Source: an uncultured Nitrospiraceae bacterium (GTDB lineage Bacteria; Nitrospirota; Thermodesulfovibrionia; Thermodesulfovibrionales; Dissulfurispiraceae). From it: a DNA stretch of 64,000 bases. This document shows, piece by piece, positions 1-10,062 of the stretch (position 1 is the first letter of the stretch; each line of letters begins with the position of its first letter). The stretch covers positions 544,001 through 608,000 of the forward strand of contig CAVPIW010000005.1 in the NCBI GenBank assembly GCA_963705105.1. Direction: 5' to 3'. The notes beneath the pieces are model-generated. The model saw only the letters and a program-made list of their open reading frames with translations, ran no database searches and was not told where the DNA came from. Both the position numbers and the translations under genes were made by a program.

Positions 1-1
1 C

Positions 2-1273
2 CGCATCAACGCCTATCTCCTCGATGCGCACTCCCGGGGCCGCAGGACCGTCGTCATCGTCGAGGAAGCTCAGAATCTCAGCTATGACGTCCTGGAGCAG
101 GTGCGGCTCCTGACGAATCTCGAAACGAACGAGAAAAAACTCCTGCAGGTCATCATGATCGGTCAGCCTGAGCTGAAAGAGATGCTGGAACGGCCGGAGT
201 TGAGGCAGCTTGCACAGAGAATCACCGCCCGTTATCATCTCGGCCCGCTGACGGAAGACGAGGTCCCTCTCTATATCAAACACCGCCTCTCCGTCATGGG
301 GGTGCAGAGGGGCATTTTCACCGATTCCGCGTACAAGGCTGTTTTCCGCCGCAGCGGCGGGATTCCCCGCCTCATCAACGTGATCTGCGACAGGGCGATG
401 CTCGGCGCTTACGTGGAAGGAAAGGACCGCATCGACCGCAAGACGGTCAACAAAGCGGTAACGGAAGTATTCGGAAAGGATCCCTCGTCCCTGAAGACGG
501 GCGCAGCCAGGAGGGCGGCAGTAATCCTCATTTCTGTCGTCGTCCTCTCCGGGCTGCTCACCCTGTCCTTCTTCGCACTCAAACAGCCTTCGACAGGCCT
601 GGTTTCGACCGATCAGGGGACCATGAAAACGGATGTTTCCTCCCTTTCTCCCGGGACCGGCAACCCTGCACCCCCAGCAAAAGATGAACGCGTCCAGGAG
701 GGTCCGTACGAAGCCCTTTTCCGGCTCTGGGGAGCGGGATTCCGGAAAGACGGAGGCAGTACCTGTGAACAGGCGCTGACTCAGGGGCTCCTCTGCATTG
801 AAGACGCCGGCAGCCCCGACGACCTCCGGATCATGAACAGGCCGGCCGTCGTGAAACTGAAAGAAGCGGAGGGAAAAGAGAAGCCCGTTCTTCTGACCGC
901 CTTCGATGGCCAGTCCGTCACGATTGTCACGGATGGTGAGACGAAGACTTTCGCCCTGGAGGATTTCAGGGGGCGGTGGACAGGAGCATACACTGTCCTC
1001 TCGAAGCGGCCCTCCGGGTACCGGGAAAAGATCAGTCCCGGCTACAAAGGCGATTTCGTATCCTGGATAGAAGAAAAGCTGACCCGCCTGCAGGGGCGGA
1101 AGATACGGAGCGGGACTCCGGGCGAATATGATGAAAAGCTCTCCGGTGAGGTCAGGAACTTTCAAAAGTCCCGGGGCCTGAAGCCCGACGGGGTCATCGG
1201 TCTCCGAACGATACTCGTCCTGAATGCTGATGGCTCGGACGGGCCGGTTATCAGCGGGAAGGGGGGGCAGTAA
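2..1273 (+). CDS. ExeA/GspA-family AAA ATPase with C-terminal peptidoglycan-binding domain (5' end outside window)
   Basis: Walker B-like VVIVEEAQNL, RLLTNLET, GQPEL, GGIPRLIN motifs; TM segment; C-terminal FQKSRGLKPDGVIG PG-binding motif. Confidence 0.9.
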   Translation, partial: RINAYLLDAHSRGRRTVVIVEEAQNLSYDVLEQVRLLTNLETNEKKLLQVIMIGQPELKEMLERPELRQLAQRITARYHLGPLTEDEVPLYIKHRLSVMGVQRGIFTDSAYKAVFRRSGGIPRLINVICDRAMLGAYVEGKDRIDRKTVNKAVTEVFGKDPSSLKTGAARRAAVILISVVVLSGLLTLSFFALKQPSTGLVSTDQGTMKTDVSSLSPGTGNPAPPAKDERVQEGPYEALFRLWGAGFRKDGGSTCEQALTQGLLCIEDAGSPDDLRIMNRPAVVKLKEAEGKEKPVLLTAFDGQSVTIVTDGETKTFALEDFRGRWTGAYTVLSKRPSGYREKISPGYKGDFVSWIEEKLTRLQGRKIRSGTPGEYDEKLSGEVRNFQKSRGLKPDGVIGLRTILVLNADGSDGPVISGKGGQ

Positions 1274-2002
1274 GTGTCATACATCCTTGATGCCCTGAAG
1301 AAAGCCGAGAGAGAGAGCAGGAGAGGCCCCGTGCCGGACCTGCTGACGACCCACGAAAAGCCCTCACGGCCGCAGGGCCGCCGCGGGCTCTGGGCTGTCA
1401 TTTTCGCGGCGGCGCTCCTCCTGAACGCCGGGGCGCTGTTGTGGTGGCTTGGACCATTGAAGAGCGACAAGCCTGCCGTCGCTCCATCGGGACCTCCCGC
1501 CGCAAATCTTTCAAAGCCGGACAGCCCGACCGCCGTGCAACCTGATGTCAAGGGAGCCATAAAGGAATCGCAGGTCGATCAGAAGAGAGGCAGCGTACCA
1601 AAATCTGCCGATGTCCCGAAGGGAAAGGCCGGTCCCGGCACGACCGGGCCCGCAGGACAGGGCGACGGGAAGGCCGCGGAAAAGACAGCGGAAAAGACAC
1701 GACCCGGTCCGCCCTCCAAAGACCGGGAGGCGCCTGCCGCCCCGTCACCCGAACCGCCGCCGGACAGGAACAGGCTGTATCAGATCGGGGAACTTCCCCC
1801 CTCGGTGCGCCAGGGACTGCCGTCTATCGCCATTCAGCTTTCTATGTTCTCCGATGAACCCGCCTCACGCCTTGTGAGGATCAACGACAGGGTGCTGAGG
1901 GAGGGGAACTATCTCACGGAAGGCCTGAAGGTCGAAGAGATCGGCCGTGAAGCCGTGATCTTCAGCTACCGCGGCTATCGCTTCCGCGTCGCTGTACGGT
2001 AG
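1274..2002 (+). CDS. General secretion pathway protein GspB/ExeB
   Basis: MSYILDALKKAERE N-terminus, TM, Pro-rich linker, C-terminal RLVRIN..LREG domain; abuts exeA. Confidence 0.85.
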   Translation: MSYILDALKKAERESRRGPVPDLLTTHEKPSRPQGRRGLWAVIFAAALLLNAGALLWWLGPLKSDKPAVAPSGPPAANLSKPDSPTAVQPDVKGAIKESQVDQKRGSVPKSADVPKGKAGPGTTGPAGQGDGKAAEKTAEKTRPGPPSKDREAPAAPSPEPPPDRNRLYQIGELPPSVRQGLPSIAIQLSMFSDEPASRLVRINDRVLREGNYLTEGLKVEEIGREAVIFSYRGYRFRVAVR

Positions 2003-2021
2003 TCCCTTTCATCAGCGTCCG

Positions 2022-2219
2022 TTAACCTTATCCTGCAACAAAGCCTCCGGAAAGGCGGGGTGTATGTGCCGAAAACCTTTATGCGGCGACACCTCAATCG
2101 TCACACAAGACGATGTTTCAAGCCGATGTCAGGAAAATTGGACATCTTTTCCGACACTGTCACTCACACTCACACTGACACTGTTTTCAGACCCCTTCGC
2201 CCCGCCTTTCTATGCACAG
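2022..2219 (+). repeat. Palindromic element family A, copy 1 (alpha-left + CACTGA-hexamer module)
   Basis: TTAACCTTATCCTGCAA..CCGGAAAGGCGGGG ... CGCCCCGCCTTTC-TATGCA; between convergent genes. Confidence 0.9.
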
Positions 2220-4742
2220 TTAGCGTCTCTTTGTTTGTCTCGTCGGAGGGGCATTCCAGGGATCGTCGGGCCAGGGATGCTTGGGATATCGCCCCTTCAG
2301 TTCCTTCCTGACATCCTGGTACCCGCCGTTCCAGAACCCCCTGAGGTCCTGCGTCACCTGGACGGGTCTCCGGGCCGGGGAGAGGAGATGGAGAAGCACC
2401 TTGACCCGTCCGCCGGCGACGGTCGGCGTGTCACCGAGGCCGAACATCTCCTGGAGCTTGACGGCGAGCACGGGGATGTCTCCCGCCGCATAATCGAGCT
2501 GCACGCGGTGGCCGCTCGGTACGACGATCGCCGAGGGTGCGCGCTCGTCAAGGAGCCGCTGTTGCCGCCAGGTAAGCTTTTCCCATAGTGCCGGGAGGAG
2601 TTCAATCGATGCAATGTCCCTCATGCTGCGGATACCGGTGAGCCTGGAAAGGATCCATTCCTCAGGTGCTGACGCAAGGCGGTCATCGGACAGATCGGGC
2701 CATTTCTCCTCCGGGAAGACCCGCCTCATGAGAGCGACTCTGCCCTGGAACTGACGGGCCTCTCTCGTGAAATGCAGCAGCGCCGATGGATCGGAACGGA
2801 TTGCATCGCACAGGAGAGGTGTCGCCTCGTCGTCACCGGGATCGAAGTTCTTCGACGAAAGGGTGACGGCGCCCAGATGCTCCTCAATGGTCGCGATGAT
2901 TCTTTTTTCCTTTTTGTCCACCCTGACCTGTTTCAACGTCCCGATGCGCCCTGCACATTCACGACGGATATTGTCGGCGGAAACGGGCGCGGCTATATGG
3001 ACAACACCATCACCGCCCTCGCCGATGTCGGCGGAGACAGCAACGATATAGGGGCTCTCTCTCGGTCCGCCCGTCGAAGGCAGGCGGACACCGCGGCCCG
3101 AGACGAGAACGAACCGTCCTTCGCCGCGCAACTGGGCGATCCTGTCGGGGTAGGCCGCCAACAGGAGGGTCGAAATGACATCCTCATCAGGCTCCTCCGT
3201 CGTGGATATTCCCCGTGGCCCGTGAACAAGCCTGCCGAGATGCTGCGCAATCCTGTCCGCGTTCCGGAGGGCCCAGGGATCGGCCCCGTGCAGCCGCACT
3301 CCCCGGCGCCAATCCTGCAGCATCTCCACCCTTTCAGTCATGCCTTCGGGATGCCCGCGCAAACTCTTATCGAAGGAAGATCCTCTGCGGGCGACATCGC
3401 GCTCCGAGAGCAGGGCGGCAAGGTCCGCACCGAGCCGCGGCCTGTCCATGTCACGGGCCCTCAGCATCAGTTTCGAGAGTCGGGGGTGCACGGGCAGACG
3501 GGCCATAGCCTTGCCCAGAGGCGAGACATGACCGCTCCCGTCCAGGGCGCCGAGATCGATGAGGAGACGTTGAGCAGCCTCCCAGGCCGTTGCGGGAGGA
3601 CAGTCGAGCCACGAGAGCCTGGAGGGATCCCGGACTCCCCAGACGGCCAGTTCAAGCGCCACCGGCGACAGGTCCGACACGAGGATCTCCGGCGGGGCAA
3701 AGGGGATCATCGAGCGAAAGGTGTGAGGGCTGTAGAGGCGGAAGCAGATGCCCGGCCCGAGCCGTCCGGCTCTTCCCTTGCGCTGCTCCGCCGAAGCCCT
3801 CGAAACGGGGATAGTAACGAGACGATTCATGCCCGTTGAAGGATCGAAGTGGAGTCTCCGTGTGAGACCGCTGTCAATAACGGTCCTGATGCCTTCGATG
3901 GTGAGACTCGTCTCCGCAATGTTTGTGGCGAGGACGATCTTGCGCGTTGCCAGCGGTACGATTGCCCGTTCCTGCTCCTCGAAAGGCAGATCCCCGTACA
4001 ATGGGTGGACCGTTATGCCGCCGCCTCCGCCTTTCACCACCGGGCCGAGGGCGTCGCAGCAGGCGCGGATCTCCCGGGCTCCCGGCAGGAAGACGAGGAC
4101 GTCACCGGGCTGCTCCCGCAAAGCCCTGATGATCGCGCCGCATACCTTTTCCGTGAGCGGCCTGTCCCGGTTGTCCGAGATGTAACACTCATCGACGGGG
4201 AAGGGCTTTCCCTCCGACCTGATGACCGGGGCTTCAGCGAGAAGCTTTGCAATGGGGCCGCTGTCGAGAGTTGCCGACATGACGAGGATCTTCAAATCCT
4301 CCCGCAGGCCCCGGTGGACGTCGAGGCAGAGTGCGAGAGCAAGGTCCGCATGGAGGCTGCGCTCATGGAATTCATCGAAGATGACCATGGCGACGTCCTC
4401 CATCGCCGGGTCGGACTGGATGCGCCTCGTGAGAATGCCCTCCGTGACGACTTCGACGCGCGTTCCCGCTGACACCTTCCTGTCGAATCGGATCGTGTAC
4501 CCGATCGTCAGTCCCACCCGTTCATCCAACAGACGGGCCATCCACCGGGCCGAAGAAACGGCCGCGATCCTGCGGGGCTGGAGCATGACGATCCGTTTTC
4601 CCGCCGGGATGAGGTCGAGCAGGGCGAGTGGCACCCGTGTCGTCTTGCCCGCCCCGGGCGGCGCCTGCAGGACGACGGAAGACCGGGCACGAAGGGTCTG
4701 TATCAGCTCCGGCAGGATGGCATCGACGGGACAGGGTGTCAC
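2220..4742 (-). CDS. hrpB: ATP-dependent helicase HrpB
   Basis: APPGAGKTT, DEFHER, MSATL, QRKGRAGR, C-terminal GRYPKHPWPDDP. Confidence 0.96.
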   Translation of the reverse strand: MTPCPVDAILPELIQTLRARSSVVLQAPPGAGKTTRVPLALLDLIPAGKRIVMLQPRRIAAVSSARWMARLLDERVGLTIGYTIRFDRKVSAGTRVEVVTEGILTRRIQSDPAMEDVAMVIFDEFHERSLHADLALALCLDVHRGLREDLKILVMSATLDSGPIAKLLAEAPVIRSEGKPFPVDECYISDNRDRPLTEKVCGAIIRALREQPGDVLVFLPGAREIRACCDALGPVVKGGGGGITVHPLYGDLPFEEQERAIVPLATRKIVLATNIAETSLTIEGIRTVIDSGLTRRLHFDPSTGMNRLVTIPVSRASAEQRKGRAGRLGPGICFRLYSPHTFRSMIPFAPPEILVSDLSPVALELAVWGVRDPSRLSWLDCPPATAWEAAQRLLIDLGALDGSGHVSPLGKAMARLPVHPRLSKLMLRARDMDRPRLGADLAALLSERDVARRGSSFDKSLRGHPEGMTERVEMLQDWRRGVRLHGADPWALRNADRIAQHLGRLVHGPRGISTTEEPDEDVISTLLLAAYPDRIAQLRGEGRFVLVSGRGVRLPSTGGPRESPYIVAVSADIGEGGDGVVHIAAPVSADNIRRECAGRIGTLKQVRVDKKEKRIIATIEEHLGAVTLSSKNFDPGDDEATPLLCDAIRSDPSALLHFTREARQFQGRVALMRRVFPEEKWPDLSDDRLASAPEEWILSRLTGIRSMRDIASIELLPALWEKLTWRQQRLLDERAPSAIVVPSGHRVQLDYAAGDIPVLAVKLQEMFGLGDTPTVAGGRVKVLLHLLSPARRPVQVTQDLRGFWNGGYQDVRKELKGRYPKHPWPDDPWNAPPTRQTKRR

Positions 4743-4787
4743 AGGGCTGTCCTCAGGGCTTGTGATTCATGCGAGGAGCGCAGGTCC

Positions 4788-5612
4788 TCAGAAGGGAAAG
4801 GATGTTATGAGACGCACGCCTGTCATGTTTGGGCCGAAGAGGAATCCCACCCCGAGTCTCTCTACCTTGAAACCGAGGACATCCCAGGGTTTCTTCGGAG
4901 CGGTCAGCAGGCCAATCTCCGTCTCCCCTTTCAGCGACACCGTCTCATTGCCGGGAAGCAGGAATTCGAGGTCGTTGAAATACCAGGTATAGATCGCGTG
5001 CATGCCGACCCTGATTGACTGATCCGAATCGATGGTCCAGGGGCTGATCCACTCAACGCCTATTCCAAAAGAGGACAGGGTATCGGCATTTCCTTTGTCA
5101 TTGCGGGCGCCTGAAAAAATGAGCGATCCGCCGAGCGTCATGTCGGACTGCTCGACGTTCAGATGATAGCGGCTCCTGACGCCGATGACTCCGAAGGCCG
5201 CCGTTCCCCCGTTCCGGACTTCCCATCCCGCCCCGATGTTGAAAAAGGGAGTGACCATCCAGGAGGGGGACAGCGGCATCTCCACCTCCACCCCGGGTGC
5301 GACGGCGATCAACGCGACCCGTTCATAGAAGGGATCATCGTCGCCCACCGAGCCGAAGCCGACGGTGACGGGGAAGAGGAGCTTTATTCCCCAATACTGA
5401 TCGGTGGCCTCCTGAAGGCGGAATGAAAAGGGTATGCGGAGAACGGCCACTTCAGCGCTGTCGACTTTGTAATAACCTGTTCCAAAGGCCGTCGAGAAAT
5501 ACCAGTTCAGATTGAATTCCGAGTCTTCAGCCGGGGAAGGAGAAGTCGTCAGGTGCAGCAGGCATAAAACGCAGAGTGCGATGAGGAAAAGCCGGAGCGC
5601 GATAGAACCCAT
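4788..5612 (-). CDS. Putative outer-membrane beta-barrel protein (start could be 5675)
   Basis: Signal peptide, alternating beta-strand pattern, C-terminal Phe. Confidence 0.6.
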   Translation of the reverse strand: MGSIALRLFLIALCVLCLLHLTTSPSPAEDSEFNLNWYFSTAFGTGYYKVDSAEVAVLRIPFSFRLQEATDQYWGIKLLFPVTVGFGSVGDDDPFYERVALIAVAPGVEVEMPLSPSWMVTPFFNIGAGWEVRNGGTAAFGVIGVRSRYHLNVEQSDMTLGGSLIFSGARNDKGNADTLSSFGIGVEWISPWTIDSDQSIRVGMHAIYTWYFNDLEFLLPGNETVSLKGETEIGLLTAPKKPWDVLGFKVERLGVGFLFGPNMTGVRLITSFPF

Positions 5613-5712
5613 ATGTCTGCGGTCCTGTGAACAGTCCGGAGGCCTGCGCGGCCGTCTTGTTCCGTTCATAGACATCTGCACAATTATATCATACTTCGCC
5701 GGTATCCAAAAT

Positions 5713-5756
5713 AACGTTATCCTTGCATTAGACCCCCGGAAAGGTGAGGCGAATGC
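5713..5756 (+). repeat. Family A left-end fragment
   Basis: AACGTTATCCTTGCATT..CCGGAAAGGTGAGGCGAATGC. Confidence 0.7.
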
Positions 5757-5816
5757 AATGAAGCAGTAAATGTTAGAGAGCAGGCAAAGGCAGGAACCAG
5801 ACAAAAAACGCGCCGA

Positions 5817-6070
5817 CGGGAAGGCTGATGTGGCGAAAAGCCTTTCTGCTAAGCTTCCTTATCGTTGCATACGCCATCCGGAAAGGTGAGGTGAATGCTT
5901 CGAAAAGCCTCGGTGCTGCGACACCTTTGCCGTCCCATAGAGACCATTTCAGGCCGACGGTTGATGACACAAAGGATGAAATCCTGAGAAACCAATAATA
6001 AACAATCATGCTCGCTATCAGCGAGGCTTTGAGGAGCTTTGCCCCGCCTTTCCATGCAACCGATTAGGGT
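5817..6070 (+). repeat. Family A copy 2 (delta-like module at 5817-5853 + full beta element at 5857-6070)
   Basis: CCTTATCGTTGCAT ... GCCCCGCCTTTCCATGCAACCGATTAGGGT; internal GATGACACAAAGGATGAAATCCTGAGA. Confidence 0.9.
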
Positions 6071-6127
6071 AATCAGAAATATCCGTGGTAAAATAGCGGA
6101 ACCATTCTTTTGAACAGGAGGATAACG

Positions 6128-7114
6128 ATGAACTATTCTGTGACGTCATTCGTCTGCCTGATCTCGGCGACAGCGCGGTCCTGCGCCCGCCGGGTGATCG
6201 CGGGATCAGCCTCGATCCTTGCTTTCATAATGCTTCTGCCCATGCTTGTTCAGCCTTCCCCCCTGTATGCCCAGGAGGGGGGAGACACCGGTGACGTGCG
6301 GTTTTCGTTGACCGCCCTGGGCAGTTACCAGTTCGAGTCCGATGTCGACGGCGGGGGCGATCTCAGCATTGCCCGTTATGCAGTGAACGCCGAGGTCGTC
6401 GGCCGGATCGATAACAATCTCAGGCTTGGGCTCGGTCTTCTCTATGAGTTTGATGACTATGATTTTTCCGGACTGACCGACTTCCCCGTTGCTCAGCCCT
6501 GGGGTGAAGTTCACCGCTTCGGCATCAGCGTGCCTATCTTCTATTCCATAGACAGCAACTGGCGCCTCTTCCTCAGCCCCTCGGTTCAGTGGTCAGGGGA
6601 ATCGGGAGCGAAATGGGGAGACGCTGTCACGTACGGCGCGGTCTTCGCAGTGTCACACTCTTTCAGGCCGGGCCTTGTTCTCGGCCTCGGGGCAGGCGTT
6701 TTCTCGAACATCGAAAAGACGACCTTCTTCCCCTACATCGCCGTCAACTGGCAGATCAACGAGCAGCTCCGGCTCATCAATCCCTTCAGGACGAGCCCGG
6801 CCGGGCCGGCAGGACTTGAGCTCGCCTATGCCTTCAACAGGAACTGGGAGCTCGGAATCGGCGGGGCCTACCGGTCATACCGTTTCCGTCTCGATGAGGA
6901 CGGGCCCATACCGAACGGCATCGGCGAATCGAAGACTGTCCCTGTCTATGCCCGTTTGTCCTATTCGCTGTCCCGGGACTTCAGGGTCGATCTGTACGGC
7001 GGGGCAACATTCAGCAACAAGCTCAGGGTCGACAACGAGGACGGAGACGAAATCTACAGGACGAAATATGACGTGCCGCCGCTCGTTGCCCTGTCGCTGA
7101 CGGCAAGGTTCTAA
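6128..7114 (+). CDS. Outer-membrane beta-barrel protein (DUF6268-like)
   Basis: AGGAGG RBS before ATG 6128, signal peptide, amphipathic strands, C-terminal Phe. Confidence 0.7.
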   Translation: MNYSVTSFVCLISATARSCARRVIAGSASILAFIMLLPMLVQPSPLYAQEGGDTGDVRFSLTALGSYQFESDVDGGGDLSIARYAVNAEVVGRIDNNLRLGLGLLYEFDDYDFSGLTDFPVAQPWGEVHRFGISVPIFYSIDSNWRLFLSPSVQWSGESGAKWGDAVTYGAVFAVSHSFRPGLVLGLGAGVFSNIEKTTFFPYIAVNWQINEQLRLINPFRTSPAGPAGLELAYAFNRNWELGIGGAYRSYRFRLDEDGPIPNGIGESKTVPVYARLSYSLSRDFRVDLYGGATFSNKLRVDNEDGDEIYRTKYDVPPLVALSLTARF

Positions 7115-7147
7115 GGGTCTCCCGCGCGTTCACCTCATCGTTTCGTG

Positions 7148-7302
7148 CCCCGGAAATGCGGGGCTGGGGTGAATGCGTCGAAAACCTTGCTGGGGCGACA
7201 CCTGTATCAAAACGAGAGATGAACTGATACGCCAATGGTCGATTCTACATGACACAATGAGTGGATTCCTGTAGGGGGCCATAGCCCGAAGGGCCGACAT
7301 TA
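7148..7302 (+). repeat. Family A copy 3 (partial alpha, ends in degenerate GTAG-type REP)
   Basis: GAAAACCTTGCTGGGGCGACACCTGTATCAAAACGAGAGATGAAC...GACACAATGAGTGGATTCCTGTAG, matching copies 12 and 17. Confidence 0.85.
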
Positions 7303-7370
7303 ATGACTTTCCTGATCGTTTCTCTTAGAAATTCCCGTCGGGACGTCTGTTTTTCCTGCCCGTCGTTCAT
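7245..7370 (-). CDS. 41-aa peptide with twin-arginine-like motif (MNDGQEKQTSRREFLRETIRKVI...); candidate RiPP precursor, 3' half derived from repeat
   Basis: Translated by hand; AGGAGG 5 nt before ATG; SRREFL; directly downstream of PqqD/kinase pair. Confidence 0.6.
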   Translation of the reverse strand: MNDGQEKQTSRREFLRETIRKVINVGPSGYGPLQESTHCVM

Positions 7371-7431
7371 GCCTGCCTCCTATGAGCCTGCACTGTCTAA
7401 ATCTACTCTTGCAGGTTCTCAGTCTATGACA

Positions 7432-7447
7432 TGCATAAATTGTGCCA
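7432..7447 (-). promoter_or_regulatory. Sigma54-type -24/-12 promoter for the peptide gene
   Basis: TGGCAC-AATTT-ATGCA, GG-N10-GC spacing. Confidence 0.55.
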
Positions 7448-8353
7448 CTATACCGATAATGATCCTCCGGCTGTTTCTGCGAATTGGCCGACTATGTCTG
7501 TTGCGGCAATGAGGTCATGGGATTTCAGCATATAGGCCGGGTATTGGCGGACAAGGAGGGAAAGATTGTCCAGACCCTCCGCTCCAAGATCGGCCAGGTT
7601 GATCGAAAAGGCTGTCAGAAGCGACAGGGCAGGTGTCTCACCTATAGGTACCATTTCGGTCGCATGCCCCGGACTGTGGTCAGGGAAGACGAGGCACCAC
7701 GGCATTGCTGAGAACGACCACCAATCGGGCCTGACGACGGCGGGATCGATCCTTACCTTTCCGGATGTGTCGCCGAAGGGCATCACCACACCGGGCTTAT
7801 TCAAGGCCGGGAAAAGGCCTGTCGTTTTCCGATCGACCTGGAAGGGTCTCGGGAAAGAGAGAAGCCGCAGCGTTGAAGGTTCAATAAAAACAACCTCATC
7901 GGAAAGGCATTTCCACCCCCGCATGAGAAAACTGAGAGCGAGAGACGATTTCCCTGCGCCGGAGGCCCCGGCAAAAAGGATCGCCCTGCCACCCGATACG
8001 ATTCCCGATGCGTGCACCTGAATGAGGTGTTTCAGATGCTCCAGCATCGTCATCGTCATGGACCATTCGAGGGCGTTGAAGAGATCCTCGATGTTCTCTT
8101 TTTCAAACAATATGGCGCCGTCCTTTCGGACCTGGTACAGTGTCTTGTTGTTTCTTTCGTATACAGCTTCTTGTGTACTGTTTCCTTTGTATACAATCCT
8201 CTGAAGATTGAAATCGACTGTCGTGTTCGCCGGTGTTGACCGAAGGGACGGAAAAAGGTGGTCGATCATGCCTTTCAAATCTAGGCAGTCATAGGACAGA
8301 GAGAAACGAAAATCATGAAGCTCGAAGAACTCCTGCTTCGCGGCCACTGGCAT
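7448..8353 (-). CDS. HprK-related P-loop kinase
   Basis: VHASGI, Walker A GASGAGKSS, LSDE motif, FPRP. Confidence 0.8.
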   Translation of the reverse strand: MPVAAKQEFFELHDFRFSLSYDCLDLKGMIDHLFPSLRSTPANTTVDFNLQRIVYKGNSTQEAVYERNNKTLYQVRKDGAILFEKENIEDLFNALEWSMTMTMLEHLKHLIQVHASGIVSGGRAILFAGASGAGKSSLALSFLMRGWKCLSDEVVFIEPSTLRLLSFPRPFQVDRKTTGLFPALNKPGVVMPFGDTSGKVRIDPAVVRPDWWSFSAMPWCLVFPDHSPGHATEMVPIGETPALSLLTAFSINLADLGAEGLDNLSLLVRQYPAYMLKSHDLIAATDIVGQFAETAGGSLSV

Positions 8354-8640
8354 TACGGCTCGTCAAATAACAGTAAACCCTGATTACGAAGGGTCTCGAC
8401 GGCATACAGAACGTCGTCGGAGACACTGTCAGCAGTTCGCCCGCTCGCATCGGCAAGCAATTCCGAAATCGCGGCAAGGGAATGCCTGCCGTCGCAAAGT
8501 GACCACACGAAGGAAGCCGTCACATTGAGCGAGTATATCATCCCCTTCTCCTCGTCATGGAGCACGCAACCATCAGCGAGGTCTCTCTGCTGAACATGCG
8601 CTTTCCGTTTCGGAGCGATCCGGCCATATTCGTTAATCAT
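8353..8640 (-). CDS. PqqD-family RiPP recognition element (peptide chaperone)
   Basis: LNVTASFVWSLCDGRHS..I...L......DV...VETLRNQGLL pattern; TAATG overlap with kinase start. Confidence 0.88.
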   Translation of the reverse strand: MINEYGRIAPKRKAHVQQRDLADGCVLHDEEKGMIYSLNVTASFVWSLCDGRHSLAAISELLADASGRTADSVSDDVLYAVETLRNQGLLLFDEP

Positions 8641-8895
8641 CGTGTCATCACCCTTGTCCATAATGACTCTTCGTGAACCTTTGAATCTGGAGATCGACAC
8701 CGTATTTTAGCAGAAAATTTTCCCCCCGTCAGTCACCGGCGTCCAAAATGATCTGATACGAGGATAGGTGTACCCGTAAAGTTTACTTCGGAAATCAACC
8801 GCTATCCTCGTTTTCAAGGTTTTACTGCAAGCCGTTTTGGACACGAGTGCCCGTCAGTCGCCCACATGGATTGCCGCGATGATATCGTCATACTG

Positions 8896-10062
8896 TCACA
8901 TCGACCGCAGGGCGTCGACGATGTTCATTCGCGATGCCCGGTACGCTGGCAGGACACCGCCGATGAAGCCCATGACGAGGGCGAACGCGAGTGACATGAG
9001 GACGATTTCCGCGTTCAGGGTGAACGAGAAGGCGAGCTCCGAGAAGGTCTGGAAGTTCACCGTGGATATGGTGAGGAGCTGGAGAAAGGATGCGAGAAAG
9101 AGGCCTGTGCAGCCTCCCAGGAAGCCCAGGAGCAGCGATTCTATGAGAAAGGCGATGAGGATGCTTCCGCTCCGGAACCCGAGGGCCCGGAGTGTCCCGA
9201 TCTCCCCGATGCGGTTCGCAACAGCGGAAAACATGGTTATCATGGCGCCGATCATGGCGCCCAGCGAGAAGATGATCGTCAGGGAGATACCGAGGATGCG
9301 GAGGAAACTGGCGAGCATCTCAGACTGCTCTTCGTAGTAACGTTTCTCCCGTTTCGCTTCGACTGTCAGCCGGGGATCGCTCTCGATGCGGGCCTTGAAT
9401 TTACTGAACTCGGAGGGGTCGCGGAGACGGAAGAGGATCGACGAGTAGACGGGCCGGCGGAAGGCCTGCATGAGCTGATCGGCGTCTCCCCAGATCTCGG
9501 AACTGAATCCCGTGTTGCCGGCATCGAAGATACCCACGACGGTCCAGTCGCGCATCCCAAAGCGCAGGGTCTCGCCGATGCCGCCGCCCTTGAAGCGCTT
9601 TGCAATGCTCTCGCCCGCGATGATCTCCGATGAACCCGGCTTCGGCAGACGCCCTTCCACGATCTTTACCTGGGGACGCAGGGCAAGGGAATGCCCTGCC
9701 GTTCCCCTGATGACGACGTTCGACGGTTTGTCGCTGCCGCGCTTGGGCAGACTGATAAGGACGACGACCTCTTTTGCGAGAAAGGGCTGACCATCCTCAC
9801 CGATCGCCACTTCCGGCTGCGTCTCGACGATGGATGCCTGGAGGCGTTCGACACCGCTCTGGACCTCCGATGCCGAGGCTTTCCGTATCACGACGACATT
9901 TTCCGAAAGTCCCGTCTGGACAAGGGTCTTCCGAAGACCGGCGGCGAGCATGAGGACCGCGGCGAAGACGAAGACGACGAGGGCCATGCCCGAAGCGGTG
10001 AGGAAAGTCGTGAGTTTTCGGGTCCAGAGGTTGCGAAAGCTGTATGAAAAGGGGATCTTCAC
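8896..10062 (-). CDS. MacB/FtsX-type ABC transporter permease
   Basis: N-terminal TM, periplasmic domain, EIGTLRALGF motif. Confidence 0.92.
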   Translation of the reverse strand: MKIPFSYSFRNLWTRKLTTFLTASGMALVVFVFAAVLMLAAGLRKTLVQTGLSENVVVIRKASASEVQSGVERLQASIVETQPEVAIGEDGQPFLAKEVVVLISLPKRGSDKPSNVVIRGTAGHSLALRPQVKIVEGRLPKPGSSEIIAGESIAKRFKGGGIGETLRFGMRDWTVVGIFDAGNTGFSSEIWGDADQLMQAFRRPVYSSILFRLRDPSEFSKFKARIESDPRLTVEAKREKRYYEEQSEMLASFLRILGISLTIIFSLGAMIGAMITMFSAVANRIGEIGTLRALGFRSGSILIAFLIESLLLGFLGGCTGLFLASFLQLLTISTVNFQTFSELAFSFTLNAEIVLMSLAFALVMGFIGGVLPAYRASRMNIVDALRSM

